This document shows, in pieces, positions 39,725-48,557 of a stretch of 64,000 bases of DNA; position 1 is the first letter of the stretch; every line of letters starts with the position of its first letter. This stretch comes from Vulcanimicrobiota bacterium (GTDB taxonomy: Bacteria > Vulcanimicrobiota > Vulcanimicrobiia > Vulcanimicrobiales > Vulcanimicrobiaceae), in the NCBI GenBank assembly GCA_963723515.1, contig CAVRQT010000002.1, positions 640,001 to 704,000 on the forward strand, written 5' to 3'. Under the pieces are notes generated by a model. It was not told the DNA's origin. It did no database searches and saw nothing but the letters and a program-made list of their open reading frames with translations. The translations under genes were made by a program, and so were the position numbers.

Positions 39725-40470
39725 CGACGCGCCACGACAAAGACTTCGCGAACGCGCGGCGCCAAATGCTCGCGCTCCAACCACTTGTGTGCTTCAGCGA
39801 GCAAGTAGTCGGCGCCGACGCCGATCTCTCGCCGGAGTTCGCCGGCATAGCGATCTAATCCGCGATACAACTGCAGCAAACGCCCTCGATAACCCTCGAG
39901 CTCCCGATATTCCAGTACCTCGAACCCGTATGCAGTCAAAACCGGCTTGTAGTCGCGAGACAAAGATTCGGGAGCTTCTTGCGAGATGGCTTCGGCCGCG
40001 ATGAGAACGGCGCGTCCACCCCTTTTGAGCAGACGGGTGAGTTCTGCAACGAGCGGCGCCGTTTGACAGAACATCACCGCGTCGATGCTGATCACGGCAT
40101 CGGCCACTTCGTCGTCGAGATCAGTATGGCACGCATCGGCGACAATGAATCGCGCGCGCTTCGCCATGCCGCGCTCCTTTGCGAGCGCCCTCGCGTTTTG
40201 GATTGCGACATCCGAGAAATCAACGCCGACCAGATCTGCGCCCGTGCACTCGGCAAGCCAAAGGCTCGTTCCGCCGCTGCCGCAACCGAGATCGACAATG
40301 ACGTCGCTTTCCTTGACATTGAGCGCTTCTGCCGCTCGGGTTAGATCTGAAACGTCAACGGCGCTAAACGGTAGGACCCATCGGGGGAAGCCGTTTTCCA
40401 CTGCGCCAACGGCGTTGCGGTACGCCGCGCTGCGCGGCGCTAGATGGATCGCGTCAAAGGCTTCGCTTAT
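39721..40470 (-). CDS. Class I SAM-dependent methyltransferase
   Basis: VDLGCGSGG, GVDFS and L.RGG motifs. The frame is open to ATA 40470, which overlaps the upstream stop; the first canonical start is GTG 40401. Confidence 0.88.
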   Translation of the reverse strand: MSEAFDAIHLAPRSAAYRNAVGAVENGFPRWVLPFSAVDVSDLTRAAEALNVKESDVIVDLGCGSGGTSLWLAECTGADLVGVDFSDVAIQNARALAKERGMAKRARFIVADACHTDLDDEVADAVISIDAVMFCQTAPLVAELTRLLKRGGRAVLIAAEAISQEAPESLSRDYKPVLTAYGFEVLEYRELEGYRGRLLQLYRGLDRYAGELRREIGVGADYLLAEAHKWLEREHLAPRVREVFVVARR

Positions 40471-41457
40471 CGCTTACGAAAGCGGTCGAGCAGGTCGCGC
40501 GCGAAGGCGATCGCCTCACTCTTCGTGCGCTCGTAGATCGCACTTGCCTGATTGCCCGACATGTGCCGCCCGTGTTCGTAGTAGAACGTCACGCCTTCAC
40601 CGACGACAATCGTTCCAGCGTATGCGATTGCTCCTTTGATCGCGATGCCCGCCACGGGAATGAAACCGGAAAGCTCACGCGCGAGCATGCGCCAGCCGAG
40701 CCCGCCGCCGACCACCGGCAAGAGTTGCCACGCCCGTCCGAGATCTGGATCCTTGCCGTATGCCGACTCGATGTGCAGCATCAACATCATCTGCAGTGCC
40801 GTGATGGCGACCGTGTCGCCGGCAGAGGCGATTGCTCCGAGCACGATTCCAAAGATCGGCACATGGTCGACGACCGCGCTTGCTAGCGCAACTTTCAACG
40901 CGTTATTGGCGGCGTCGCGCGTCAATTTCGCAGCGACGGTTTCGCGCAATGCCGGTAGACTGCGGCCGACCGCGATTTCGACGCCTTTGCACACCTCGAT
41001 GAGATGTGGAAACACGCGCCCGCTCAGGGCGTCGCGGGAGATCGCAGCAACGACGTACTCACCCCAGGTTGCCGCGCGCGGGTGGCGCCTGCGGGCCGCT
41101 CGCCTGTGCGTCCTCATCGATCACGATCGCGAAGATCGGGAGCCGCGCCGCCGCTAATGCGGCGAAGTGGGCGGCGGCCAAATCAGCGCGTCGGCCCAAA
41201 TAAACGATGCAGCGTGCTTCCTCGGTGAGCACCGGTGGATTCGCGGAATCGATCGTCTCTAAGGTTGCCGCCGCCTCGACGGGCACGATCCCGTCGTCAT
41301 GTCCGGCGAGCAGCAGCGCGCGAAATGCGGCGACGAGCGCCGGATCACCGCAGAGCAGAAATCGAAACGGCTTGCGCGTGCGCGCGCGAACCGCGCGCAC
41401 GTCGATACCGCTGCGGACGAGCCGCAGCAGGTCGCCTGCGCCGAGCGTAGCTGCCAC
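40467..41457 (-). CDS. Hypothetical protein (DUF697-like C-terminus), +1 frameshift at the C run 41062-41065
   Basis: ORFs 41059..41457 and 40467..41117 join as ...ARGNLGEYVV... when one base is removed. Confidence 0.72.
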
Positions 41458-41467
41458 TTAGCCTCTC

Positions 41468-43480
41468 TTACCCGCCATGCAGTTCTTTCTGCGGATCGTC
41501 AGTATAGTCGAGATAGACAAGGCCGAGGAAGATCTCGAGTGCTTGCGTGTGCATGCCACGATTGTTTGCAACGTCCACGATCGATCGATGCGATGCAGAC
41601 GCCTCTTGAAGAATTTGCCCTGGAGTCGAGTTCGTGTCGGCGGCAACGATCGACGCAGCCGTCACCTCTCCGGGCGTGAGGCCACGATGCAGCATCGTGC
41701 TGTAGTCGATGCCGGATGAGCCCAGGCGCTGCTCGAGCGCTTTCTGGAGCGTCGCATAACGCTCCGGCGAGGTTCCTACGCCGAGCATCGTCACGCGCGT
41801 CTCCAGTTGGCGTGAACGCGCCATGTTGTACAGCTGCGACGATTGCGATGCGGCAACCGCGGCGGCGTTCAGCGAATCGTTCGCTTTCTTCATCACCGGA
41901 ACGATATTGTTATAATCCGTTTGATTGATGTCACCGAAGGCATCCAATTGAACGCGGTTCAGTTGTTTGAGGAATTCGTCGAGGTCACCCATCGCGACGT
42001 CGGTCAGCGCAAGTGCCGCTCGACTTGCATCAGCAGAACGGATCATGTCGCTGCTCGCAGCGTTCACTTCCGTGAGCATACGGGGGTACGACGGAAGCAG
42101 GGCTATTGATTCGGCGGTCATCGGCGACTGTGCGAGCGGCGCCTGCAGCTCGTGCAACATATCGGCGCTGTCCTTGAGGACCCCGCCTTCCTTATTGCGT
42201 TCGAGCGATCCGAGATTCGTCAGCACCGTATGCGTGTGATCGAGCGCGCTATCGATCGAGCGCGCCATCGATTCAAGATCTTTGACGATGGTTTCTAAGC
42301 GCGATCCGCGGCGAATGTCGACGCGGCTGAAGTCCGGAATCTCGTACGAGAGACTCTGCAACCGGGTTTGCATCGACTTTAATTGATCGCGACCGGCCTC
42401 GCTCCGCGCGGAGACTTCCGTCCCGGCACGGTTCAGATTCGAGCTTGCCTCCTCGAGTTGCGCGTGCAGGGATGCAAGACTCGGCTGCGTCAGGATCGTT
42501 CGCCGGCGCTCCATGTTGCGCAGCGCAGCCATGCGGTTGAGCGCGGCTTGGCGCGTTTGCGGGTTGCCCTTTTGCGCGGCTTCCGCAAGCGTTTGCTCGC
42601 TCTTGTTGACGAAGCCTAAGGCCAATTGCGATTGACCCAGGCCGAGCAGGGCCTGCGCGTTGTCCGGCTGCGTTTTGAGAACTTTCTCGAATTGAATGCG
42701 CGCGACGCTGTAGCGTGCGGTATCGAAATCGTGCACGGCAGCCGCCAAACTGTCATCCGTCGTGACCTTCGTCGGATCGAGCTGCGGATAGCCGAGGAGA
42801 TGTCCAACACGCTTATCCGGCTCGGGGTGATCTTCAAGATACTTGGTGAACAAATCCGGGCGCTCTTTGTCGAGCGTTCCCAAATGCTGCATGAACGTGA
42901 CCATTGCGTCCGGGTCATAGCCCGCACGCGACATGAGCATTAAACCGTATTGGTCGGCTTGTAATTCGTCGACGCGCGAGAGCTTCGCCATCAGTCCGGC
43001 TTCGGCGATCTGTCCGAAGCGGTAGACGAGCGGCGAGAAGAGCGAAGCGATTGCAAAGAGCAAGTTGATGCCCTGCGCCTTCGCTTGCAGCGTTACCGCG
43101 TGACGCCGCTCGATGTGTCCCGTTTCGTGACCGAGAACGCCGGCGAGCTCGTCATCCGATTGCACGAAATCGAGCAAACCTTCGTCGGCATAAATATATC
43201 CGCCGAGCGTCGAGAACGCGTTGATCGAGCTGTCGTCGAGAATTTTGACGTTGTAGGGAACATCTTTGCGCGCGACTTCCGTCCACAGTTTGTCGGTAAT
43301 GGAACGGACCCACTTATTGAGCAGCGGATCGTCTTCAACGACATTACCTTGCACGATGTCAGCATCGGCCTGTTTGCCGAGCTGAATCTCACCGGCGGTT
43401 GAAAGCGCGAGTGCGGGCGCCGGAATCGCGGTGCTGAAAAGCGCGACGATCAGCGCAATTGGAATGAGCCGACGAATCAT
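41468..43480 (-). CDS. M48 metalloprotease with TPR and helical C-terminal domain (BepA/YfgC-like)
   Basis: Signal peptide; INAF..GG, ELAGVLGHETGH, E..AD..G and HP...R motifs; TPR. Confidence 0.9.
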   Translation of the reverse strand: MIRRLIPIALIVALFSTAIPAPALALSTAGEIQLGKQADADIVQGNVVEDDPLLNKWVRSITDKLWTEVARKDVPYNVKILDDSSINAFSTLGGYIYADEGLLDFVQSDDELAGVLGHETGHIERRHAVTLQAKAQGINLLFAIASLFSPLVYRFGQIAEAGLMAKLSRVDELQADQYGLMLMSRAGYDPDAMVTFMQHLGTLDKERPDLFTKYLEDHPEPDKRVGHLLGYPQLDPTKVTTDDSLAAAVHDFDTARYSVARIQFEKVLKTQPDNAQALLGLGQSQLALGFVNKSEQTLAEAAQKGNPQTRQAALNRMAALRNMERRRTILTQPSLASLHAQLEEASSNLNRAGTEVSARSEAGRDQLKSMQTRLQSLSYEIPDFSRVDIRRGSRLETIVKDLESMARSIDSALDHTHTVLTNLGSLERNKEGGVLKDSADMLHELQAPLAQSPMTAESIALLPSYPRMLTEVNAASSDMIRSADASRAALALTDVAMGDLDEFLKQLNRVQLDAFGDINQTDYNNIVPVMKKANDSLNAAAVAASQSSQLYNMARSRQLETRVTMLGVGTSPERYATLQKALEQRLGSSGIDYSTMLHRGLTPGEVTAASIVAADTNSTPGQILQEASASHRSIVDVANNRGMHTQALEIFLGLVYLDYTDDPQKELHGG

Positions 43481-43586
43481 ATTCAAGTTGTCCTTACCCC
43501 TGGCCACGGCACCAAGTTACAGTACGTACTTACGACAACGGGCGACCCAAGCGTTGCGTTACGGGCGCCCTGCATTGTGCAGTTTC

Positions 43587-43595
43587 TGTGGATAA
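43587..43595 (-). promoter_or_regulatory. Perfect DnaA box upstream of minC
   Basis: TGTGGATAA on the + strand, 72 nt before the minC ATG. Confidence 0.55.
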
Positions 43596-43666
43596 TGCCT
43601 AGAAACTGTGAACCACTTGTGAGTGGCAAAGGGTGGCGCTAGGAGCCCTTTGAACCGGCCTTTCGC

Positions 43667-44530
43667 ATGGCGGTGCTGCGCGGAAAGGGCCGTGGGATCG
43701 AGCTCGATTTCAGCGGGCGCCCCTTTGATGAGGCGTTAGGCGAGCTGGAGGACCGGCTTGGGGCCAACCCCGGATTCTACTCGGGCACCGCAGCGACGGC
43801 AGTCTTCGCGCAACCTCGCCCCGACCGACTGCAAGTCGATACCCTTCGCGCGGCGCTTGCGGTCTTCGGTATCTCTCTGGAGGCGCTCAGCGGACCCGCC
43901 GAGGTTGAAGCGGTGGCCCTGGAAGCCGAACTCGATTTTCAGCCCCGCGAAGCGGTCGGCGAGTCAGATGTGCTTGCTCGCCGGCGTGCCAATCGGCCTC
44001 GACCGCCGGCAGCGGTGCTTTCCGAAGCGGCTCGATCGTTGGCCGCGGATTTCGCGGGCGCGCGGGCCGATCTCGCGGCCCGGCGCACGAGTGGCGTGCC
44101 GATCAGGCAATTCACGCCGCCGGTGGCGCGCCGTTCGATCGGGGGCGCGGCTCCCGTCGTGGCGCCCGCCTCGAGTGAGCCCACGACCCAGTATCACATC
44201 GGCACGGTGCGCGGCGGACAATCGCTGCATCAGGTCGGCCACCTCGTCGTGGTCGGAGACGTTAACCCCGGTGCGGAGCTGGTAGCAAGCGGAGACATTC
44301 TGGTTTTCGGGGCACTGCGGGGCGTTGCGCACGCAGGCGCGCAAGGCGATTTGGAGGCACGCGTTTATGCGTTGCGGCTGCAGCCGACGCAGTTGCGTAT
44401 TGCAACCCTAATTGCGGCAGATCAGCAAACGGCGAACGACGGCGTGGCAGAAGTCGCGCATGTGCGCGAGGGTCGAATCGCGATCGTTCCCTACGATCGG
44501 ATGACAGACTCCGAGGAGAAAGACCGATGA
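43667..44530 (+). CDS. minC: Septum site-determining protein MinC
   Basis: TVRGGQ, VVGDVNPGAE..A.GDI.V.G.LRG.AHAG and QLRIA motifs. Confidence 0.93.
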   Translation: MAVLRGKGRGIELDFSGRPFDEALGELEDRLGANPGFYSGTAATAVFAQPRPDRLQVDTLRAALAVFGISLEALSGPAEVEAVALEAELDFQPREAVGESDVLARRRANRPRPPAAVLSEAARSLAADFAGARADLAARRTSGVPIRQFTPPVARRSIGGAAPVVAPASSEPTTQYHIGTVRGGQSLHQVGHLVVVGDVNPGAELVASGDILVFGALRGVAHAGAQGDLEARVYALRLQPTQLRIATLIAADQQTANDGVAEVAHVREGRIAIVPYDRMTDSEEKDR

Positions 44531-45318
44531 ACGGACGGCGGATCGTTCTTACATCCGGCAAAGGCGGTGTCGGAAAGACGACGACGACGGTGAACGTCGG
44601 CGCAGCGCTCGCCAAGCGCGGCGCACGCGTTGTGCTCGTCGACGCGGACATCGGCCTTCGCAATCTCGATCTCGTTCTCGGACTCGAGAAGCGGATTGTC
44701 TTCGATTTGGTCGAGGTCGTTGAAGGACGTTGTCAGCTGCGACAAGCGTTGATCAAAGATAAACGGTTCGAGTCGCTCCACATGCTTCCGGCGGCGCAAA
44801 CGCGTGAAAAAGAGGCCGTCAGTGAAGATCAGATGGCGGAGGTCATCGAGCAGCTTGCGCTGATGGCGGACTACGTGCTCATCGACTCGCCGGCCGGCAT
44901 AGAGCATGGCTTTCGGAGCGCCGCTGCAGGCGCCAAAGAAGCAATCATCGTCACGACGCCAGAGGTCAGCGCAATTCGAGATGCGGATCGCGTCATCGGA
45001 AAGTTGATCGCCAAAGGCTTGCCGGTCCGCTTGCTGATCAACCGCATCCGTCCTGAAATGGTGCGCAGCGGCGACATGCTTTCGATAGACGACGTCTGCG
45101 AAATTCTCTCGGCCGAACTGCTCGGCATCGTTCCCGACGATGAAGACGTCATCGACACAACGAATCGCGGCGAGCCGCTAGTGCTCGACAATTCGAAACG
45201 GCTCGCCGGAATCTATGACAAGATCGCGAGGCGGCTGCAAGGCGAGATCGTTCCCTTTTCCAACCTTGAAGATCGCGGCTTCTTCAATCGTCTCCTCGCT
45301 GGATTGAAAGCAGGCTGA
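44527..45318 (+). CDS. minD: Septum site-determining ATPase MinD (copy 1)
   Basis: SGKGGVGKTT, GLRNLD, DSPAGIE and TPEVSAIRDADR motifs; C-terminal amphipathic GFFNRLL. Confidence 0.96.
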   Translation: MNGRRIVLTSGKGGVGKTTTTVNVGAALAKRGARVVLVDADIGLRNLDLVLGLEKRIVFDLVEVVEGRCQLRQALIKDKRFESLHMLPAAQTREKEAVSEDQMAEVIEQLALMADYVLIDSPAGIEHGFRSAAAGAKEAIIVTTPEVSAIRDADRVIGKLIAKGLPVRLLINRIRPEMVRSGDMLSIDDVCEILSAELLGIVPDDEDVIDTTNRGEPLVLDNSKRLAGIYDKIARRLQGEIVPFSNLEDRGFFNRLLAGLKAG

Positions 45319-45319
45319 C

Positions 45320-46171
45320 ATGCAAGAGCTCAAACTGCAGCAAGAAGCGGTCGAAAGCGCCCCGGTTGAGCGGCGGCGCGGTGCGGCGATTGTCATTACG
45401 TCGGGCAAAGGCGGCGTCGGAAAGACGACGACGGTCGCGAACTTGGGAAGCGCGCTTGCACAGCGCGGCTACGACGTCGTGCTGGTCGACGCAGACGTCG
45501 GTTTGCGCAATCTCGACATCGTCTTAGGGCTCGAAAGCCGGGTTAAACATCACTTGCTCGATGTGCTGGAAGAGCAAGTCGAACTCGATGACGCGCTGGT
45601 GCCGGACAAGCATTCGCCTCGATTGCGTTTGCTCGCTGCGGCGCAGACGCGGGAGAAAGAAGACGTCGATACGCAGGCGATGTGCGGATTGATTGAGAGG
45701 TTGACGCACCGCTTTGACTACGTGCTGATCGACTGTCCAGCCGGCATCGAAAAAGGCTTCAAGAACGCAATTGCCGGCGCGGATGACGCGATCGTCGTCT
45801 GCACGCCGGAAGTTTCCGCGGTGCGCGACGTTGACCGGGTTGTTGGTTTGCTTGGCAATCGGTTCCGTCCGCGCCTCATTGTCAATCGCGTTCGGCCGCA
45901 GCTCGTTGCGAAAGGCAAAATGCTCTCGGTCGAGGACGTCAACGCGATCCTTCGTCTGCCTTTGCTCGGCGTGATTGCTGATGAGGCGGAGGTGATCGTT
46001 GCGACCAACCGCGGGGAACCGCTCGCGCTGAACGGATCGTCCAAAGCAGGTGCAGCGTATCGAGCGATTGCAGGCCGCATGCTCGGCGACGATGTTCCGA
46101 TTCCTGACGTCAGCGTTGCGCGAACGGGGTTGATCGCGAAATTGGGTTCATTCTTTGGAGGTCGCCGATGA
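45320..46171 (+). CDS. minD: MinD (copy 2)
   Basis: SGKGGVGKTT, GLRNLD, DCPAGIE and TPEVSAVRDVDR motifs; C-terminal GLIAKLGSFF. Confidence 0.93.
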   Translation: MQELKLQQEAVESAPVERRRGAAIVITSGKGGVGKTTTVANLGSALAQRGYDVVLVDADVGLRNLDIVLGLESRVKHHLLDVLEEQVELDDALVPDKHSPRLRLLAAAQTREKEDVDTQAMCGLIERLTHRFDYVLIDCPAGIEKGFKNAIAGADDAIVVCTPEVSAVRDVDRVVGLLGNRFRPRLIVNRVRPQLVAKGKMLSVEDVNAILRLPLLGVIADEAEVIVATNRGEPLALNGSSKAGAAYRAIAGRMLGDDVPIPDVSVARTGLIAKLGSFFGGRR

Positions 46172-46629
46172 TCGAATTTTTCAACCGGCTCTTTGGGCGT
46201 GGCGGGTCCAGCGCGACGGCGAAGGAGCGGCTGCGTCTCGTTCTGCTCTCCGACCATCTTGCGCTTGCGCCGAACCTCGTTGACGATCTCAAGCGCGAGC
46301 TCGTCGACGTGATTTCGCGCTACGTAGAGGTCGATAAAGAAAACATCGAGCTGAACTTCGAGCAGCGCGAGAAGGTGATCGCGATGCTTGCGAACGTGCC
46401 GATTCTTTCAATGCATCCCGCCACGCGCGCGAATGGCGCCACGCGTTCGTCGAACCGCACATCGGATGGAACCAAGCGTCCGCGCCGGCGTCGCAAGCGA
46501 ACGAGCTCATCCAGCGCGACGCTGCCCAACGCGACGACTCCGGCGGGCGAACGACGTCGAATGACGGCCGGAGAGCGCGCCGGCCGGTGGCGAAACGACG
46601 CCAGCTCCGGTCGGCGAAACGACACCTAG
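46168..46629 (+). CDS. minE: MinE with a long low-complexity C-terminal tail (may extend to 46690 if there is a +1 error near 46565)
   Basis: FF..LF...S...AKERLRLVL, ELV.VISRYV and ANVPI motifs. Confidence 0.92.
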   Translation: MIEFFNRLFGRGGSSATAKERLRLVLLSDHLALAPNLVDDLKRELVDVISRYVEVDKENIELNFEQREKVIAMLANVPILSMHPATRANGATRSSNRTSDGTKRPRRRRKRTSSSSATLPNATTPAGERRRMTAGERAGRWRNDASSGRRNDT

Positions 46630-46680
46630 TCCCGCGCCGCAGGCGCACCTCGACCAGTTAAGCGACTCGCCGTGTGGCGA

Positions 46681-46762
46681 CGCTGACTGAGCTGTCGAAG
46701 CGCCGCGATCACGGTTGTCCTTCGACACTTCGACAAGCTCAGTGCAGGCTGGCTCAGGGTGA
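46681..46762. repeat. Cluster of REP-like hairpins: one forward copy plus an inverted copy with a second copy nested inside it
   Basis: CTGAGCTGTCGAAGCG (46687-46702); CCTTCGA[CACTTCGACAAGCTCAGTGCAGGC]TGGCTCAGGGTGA (46719-46762). Confidence 0.8.
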
Positions 46763-46790
46763 GCAGAGTTTGTCGCTAGAATAAATCGTC

Positions 46791-47918
46791 GTGGCGTCGA
46801 TCAGTCTCTCAACGCGGCTTTGGATTCGCAACTTCAACTGGCCGCTTGCAATTGCCAGCGTGCTTGTCACACTCTTGGGACTGATCACCATTCAGTCTGC
46901 GAATCTGCATGCCGGCGCCGCCTCTGCCGGCGAGTATCGCAAGCAGGCCTTCAGCATGGTGCTTGGCGTCGTGCTCATGCTCTTTCTGTCGAACGTCGAT
47001 TACCGCAATTGGCGGCGCTGGGCGCCGATCGCGTACGGCGTTACCGTGCTGGCGCTGCTCTTCATCTTGGTTGCCGGGCATCACGCGCAAGGCGCCGTCC
47101 GCTGGATTTCGCTCGGGCCGCTTGGCCAATTTCAGCCGTCGGAGCCGGCGAAGCTGTTCTTGGCAATCACAATTGCCGCCGCGCTTTGCCGGGGGACATA
47201 CAAGACTCTGATCGATCTTTGGTTGCCGCTCGTCTTAGCGCTCGTTCCGGCACTGCTGATCTTGCGTCAACCCGATTTGGGAACGACGCTCGTCATTCTC
47301 GCCATCCTGACGACACAACTGTACTTTGGCTTGCCAAAGCTCGCGCACTTCGGCGCCTACTTTGCGGCGCTCGTTCTCAGCGCCGTACTCTTGCTGAAAA
47401 CGAACATCATCAAACCGTTCCAGAAAGCGCGGCTGCTGGTGTTCTTGAATCCAAAACTCGATCCGCAGGGCGCCGGCTACAACCTGAACCAATCGAAGAT
47501 CGCGGTCGGCAACGGCGGCTGGTTCGGTCAAGGATTGCACCACGGAACGCAGACGCAGTTGAACTTCGTTCCCGAACACTCGCGCGATTTTATCTTTACG
47601 GTGCTTGGGGAAGAATTCGGCTTCGCCGGCGCATTTCTGCTGCTGATTCTCTACTCATGCATCATCGCCGGCGGCATCCGAACGATGCTGGTGGCGCGCG
47701 ATCGCTTCGGCTACCTTGTTGCGGCCGGGCTGGTCGCGATGCTCGTCTTCCATATCATGGTCAACATCGGCATGACGATCGGCATCATGCCGATCACCGG
47801 GATTCCGTTGCCGTTTATGTCGTATGGCGGCTCGGCGATTTTGACGGACTACGCCGCCATCGGCATTCTGCTGAACATCTACTCGCAGAAGGACCGCGGC
47901 GTGCTCGGCAACGCTTAG
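46791..47918 (+). CDS. rodA: Rod shape-determining protein RodA (SEDS family)
   Basis: GA.RW, QPSE..K, QPDLGT, GYN..QS.IAVG.GG..G.G, PE...DFIF and P.TGIPLPF.SYGGS motifs. Confidence 0.95.
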   Translation: MASISLSTRLWIRNFNWPLAIASVLVTLLGLITIQSANLHAGAASAGEYRKQAFSMVLGVVLMLFLSNVDYRNWRRWAPIAYGVTVLALLFILVAGHHAQGAVRWISLGPLGQFQPSEPAKLFLAITIAAALCRGTYKTLIDLWLPLVLALVPALLILRQPDLGTTLVILAILTTQLYFGLPKLAHFGAYFAALVLSAVLLLKTNIIKPFQKARLLVFLNPKLDPQGAGYNLNQSKIAVGNGGWFGQGLHHGTQTQLNFVPEHSRDFIFTVLGEEFGFAGAFLLLILYSCIIAGGIRTMLVARDRFGYLVAAGLVAMLVFHIMVNIGMTIGIMPITGIPLPFMSYGGSAILTDYAAIGILLNIYSQKDRGVLGNA

Positions 47919-47948
47919 TTTCCGCATCCGATTGGGAACAGGGATCTC

Positions 47949-48257
47949 ATGCAGAAACACAATGCCAATTCGCGGCGAGATTTCTTTGCCGTGCTCGAAA
48001 CCGCGAAGCAAACGCAGGCTGCGGTCATGACGCTGCAGCCGGGACAAGAAAGCGGCGAAAAAGGCAACGAACATGCGCAGAGCGATCAAGTGCTCTACGT
48101 CATCGCGGGTGAGATTGAGGCGGAGATCGGCGAGGAACGTGCGACCTTGCGCGCGGGTGATGTCGTGATCGTGCCGGCAGGCGCGCCGCATCGCTTTCGC
48201 AACGGCGGCAAAACGCCGGCGCAGACGCTCAACGTCTACGCACCGCCGGCATACTAA
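47949..48257 (+). CDS. Cupin-domain protein
   Basis: EH..SDQ.LYV..G, VPAG..H...N and NVYAPP motifs. Confidence 0.9.
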   Translation: MQKHNANSRRDFFAVLETAKQTQAAVMTLQPGQESGEKGNEHAQSDQVLYVIAGEIEAEIGEERATLRAGDVVIVPAGAPHRFRNGGKTPAQTLNVYAPPAY

Positions 48258-48292
48258 TTGGAACGCCAGCGTTGAGCGTTCGTTCAACGCAA

Positions 48293-48557
48293 TACAATTA
48301 AAGGTCCGTTCTCAGGCGGCCGGGAAACGGGCACCAACCGGTATGCGGATCCAATTGTGTGGTCCGGCCGGTTGTAAGATTTCGAAAGTTTAGAGTCAGA
48401 GAGCCCGCAGGGCTCGCATGTCGGAAGCCTCGTCCATGCCGCCCCGCTTCCTAAAGAAAGCGAGAGCAGCGGCCGTCCATGGCGGACGATCGATAAAGGG
48501 ACGCGTTGCGACCACGCGAGTCGCGGCTCAGATAGACCTGAAAGGGTTAGGTAAAGT
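48293..48557 (+). promoter_or_regulatory. Putative -10 (TACAAT) and long structured 5' leader of the RNase E/G gene
   Basis: Hairpins CAACCGG/CCGGTTG, GAGCCC-GCA-GGGCTC, CGTCC/GGACG, GCGAC/GTCGC and GACCT-GAAA-GGGTT. Confidence 0.45.

Noticed and set aside
46820..48112. Long overlapping or antisense ORFs (e.g. 46820..48112, 14204..15256, 24904..25749, 50224..51030)
   Set aside because: Arg/Ala-rich shadow frames typical of high-GC DNA, overlapping well-supported genes.
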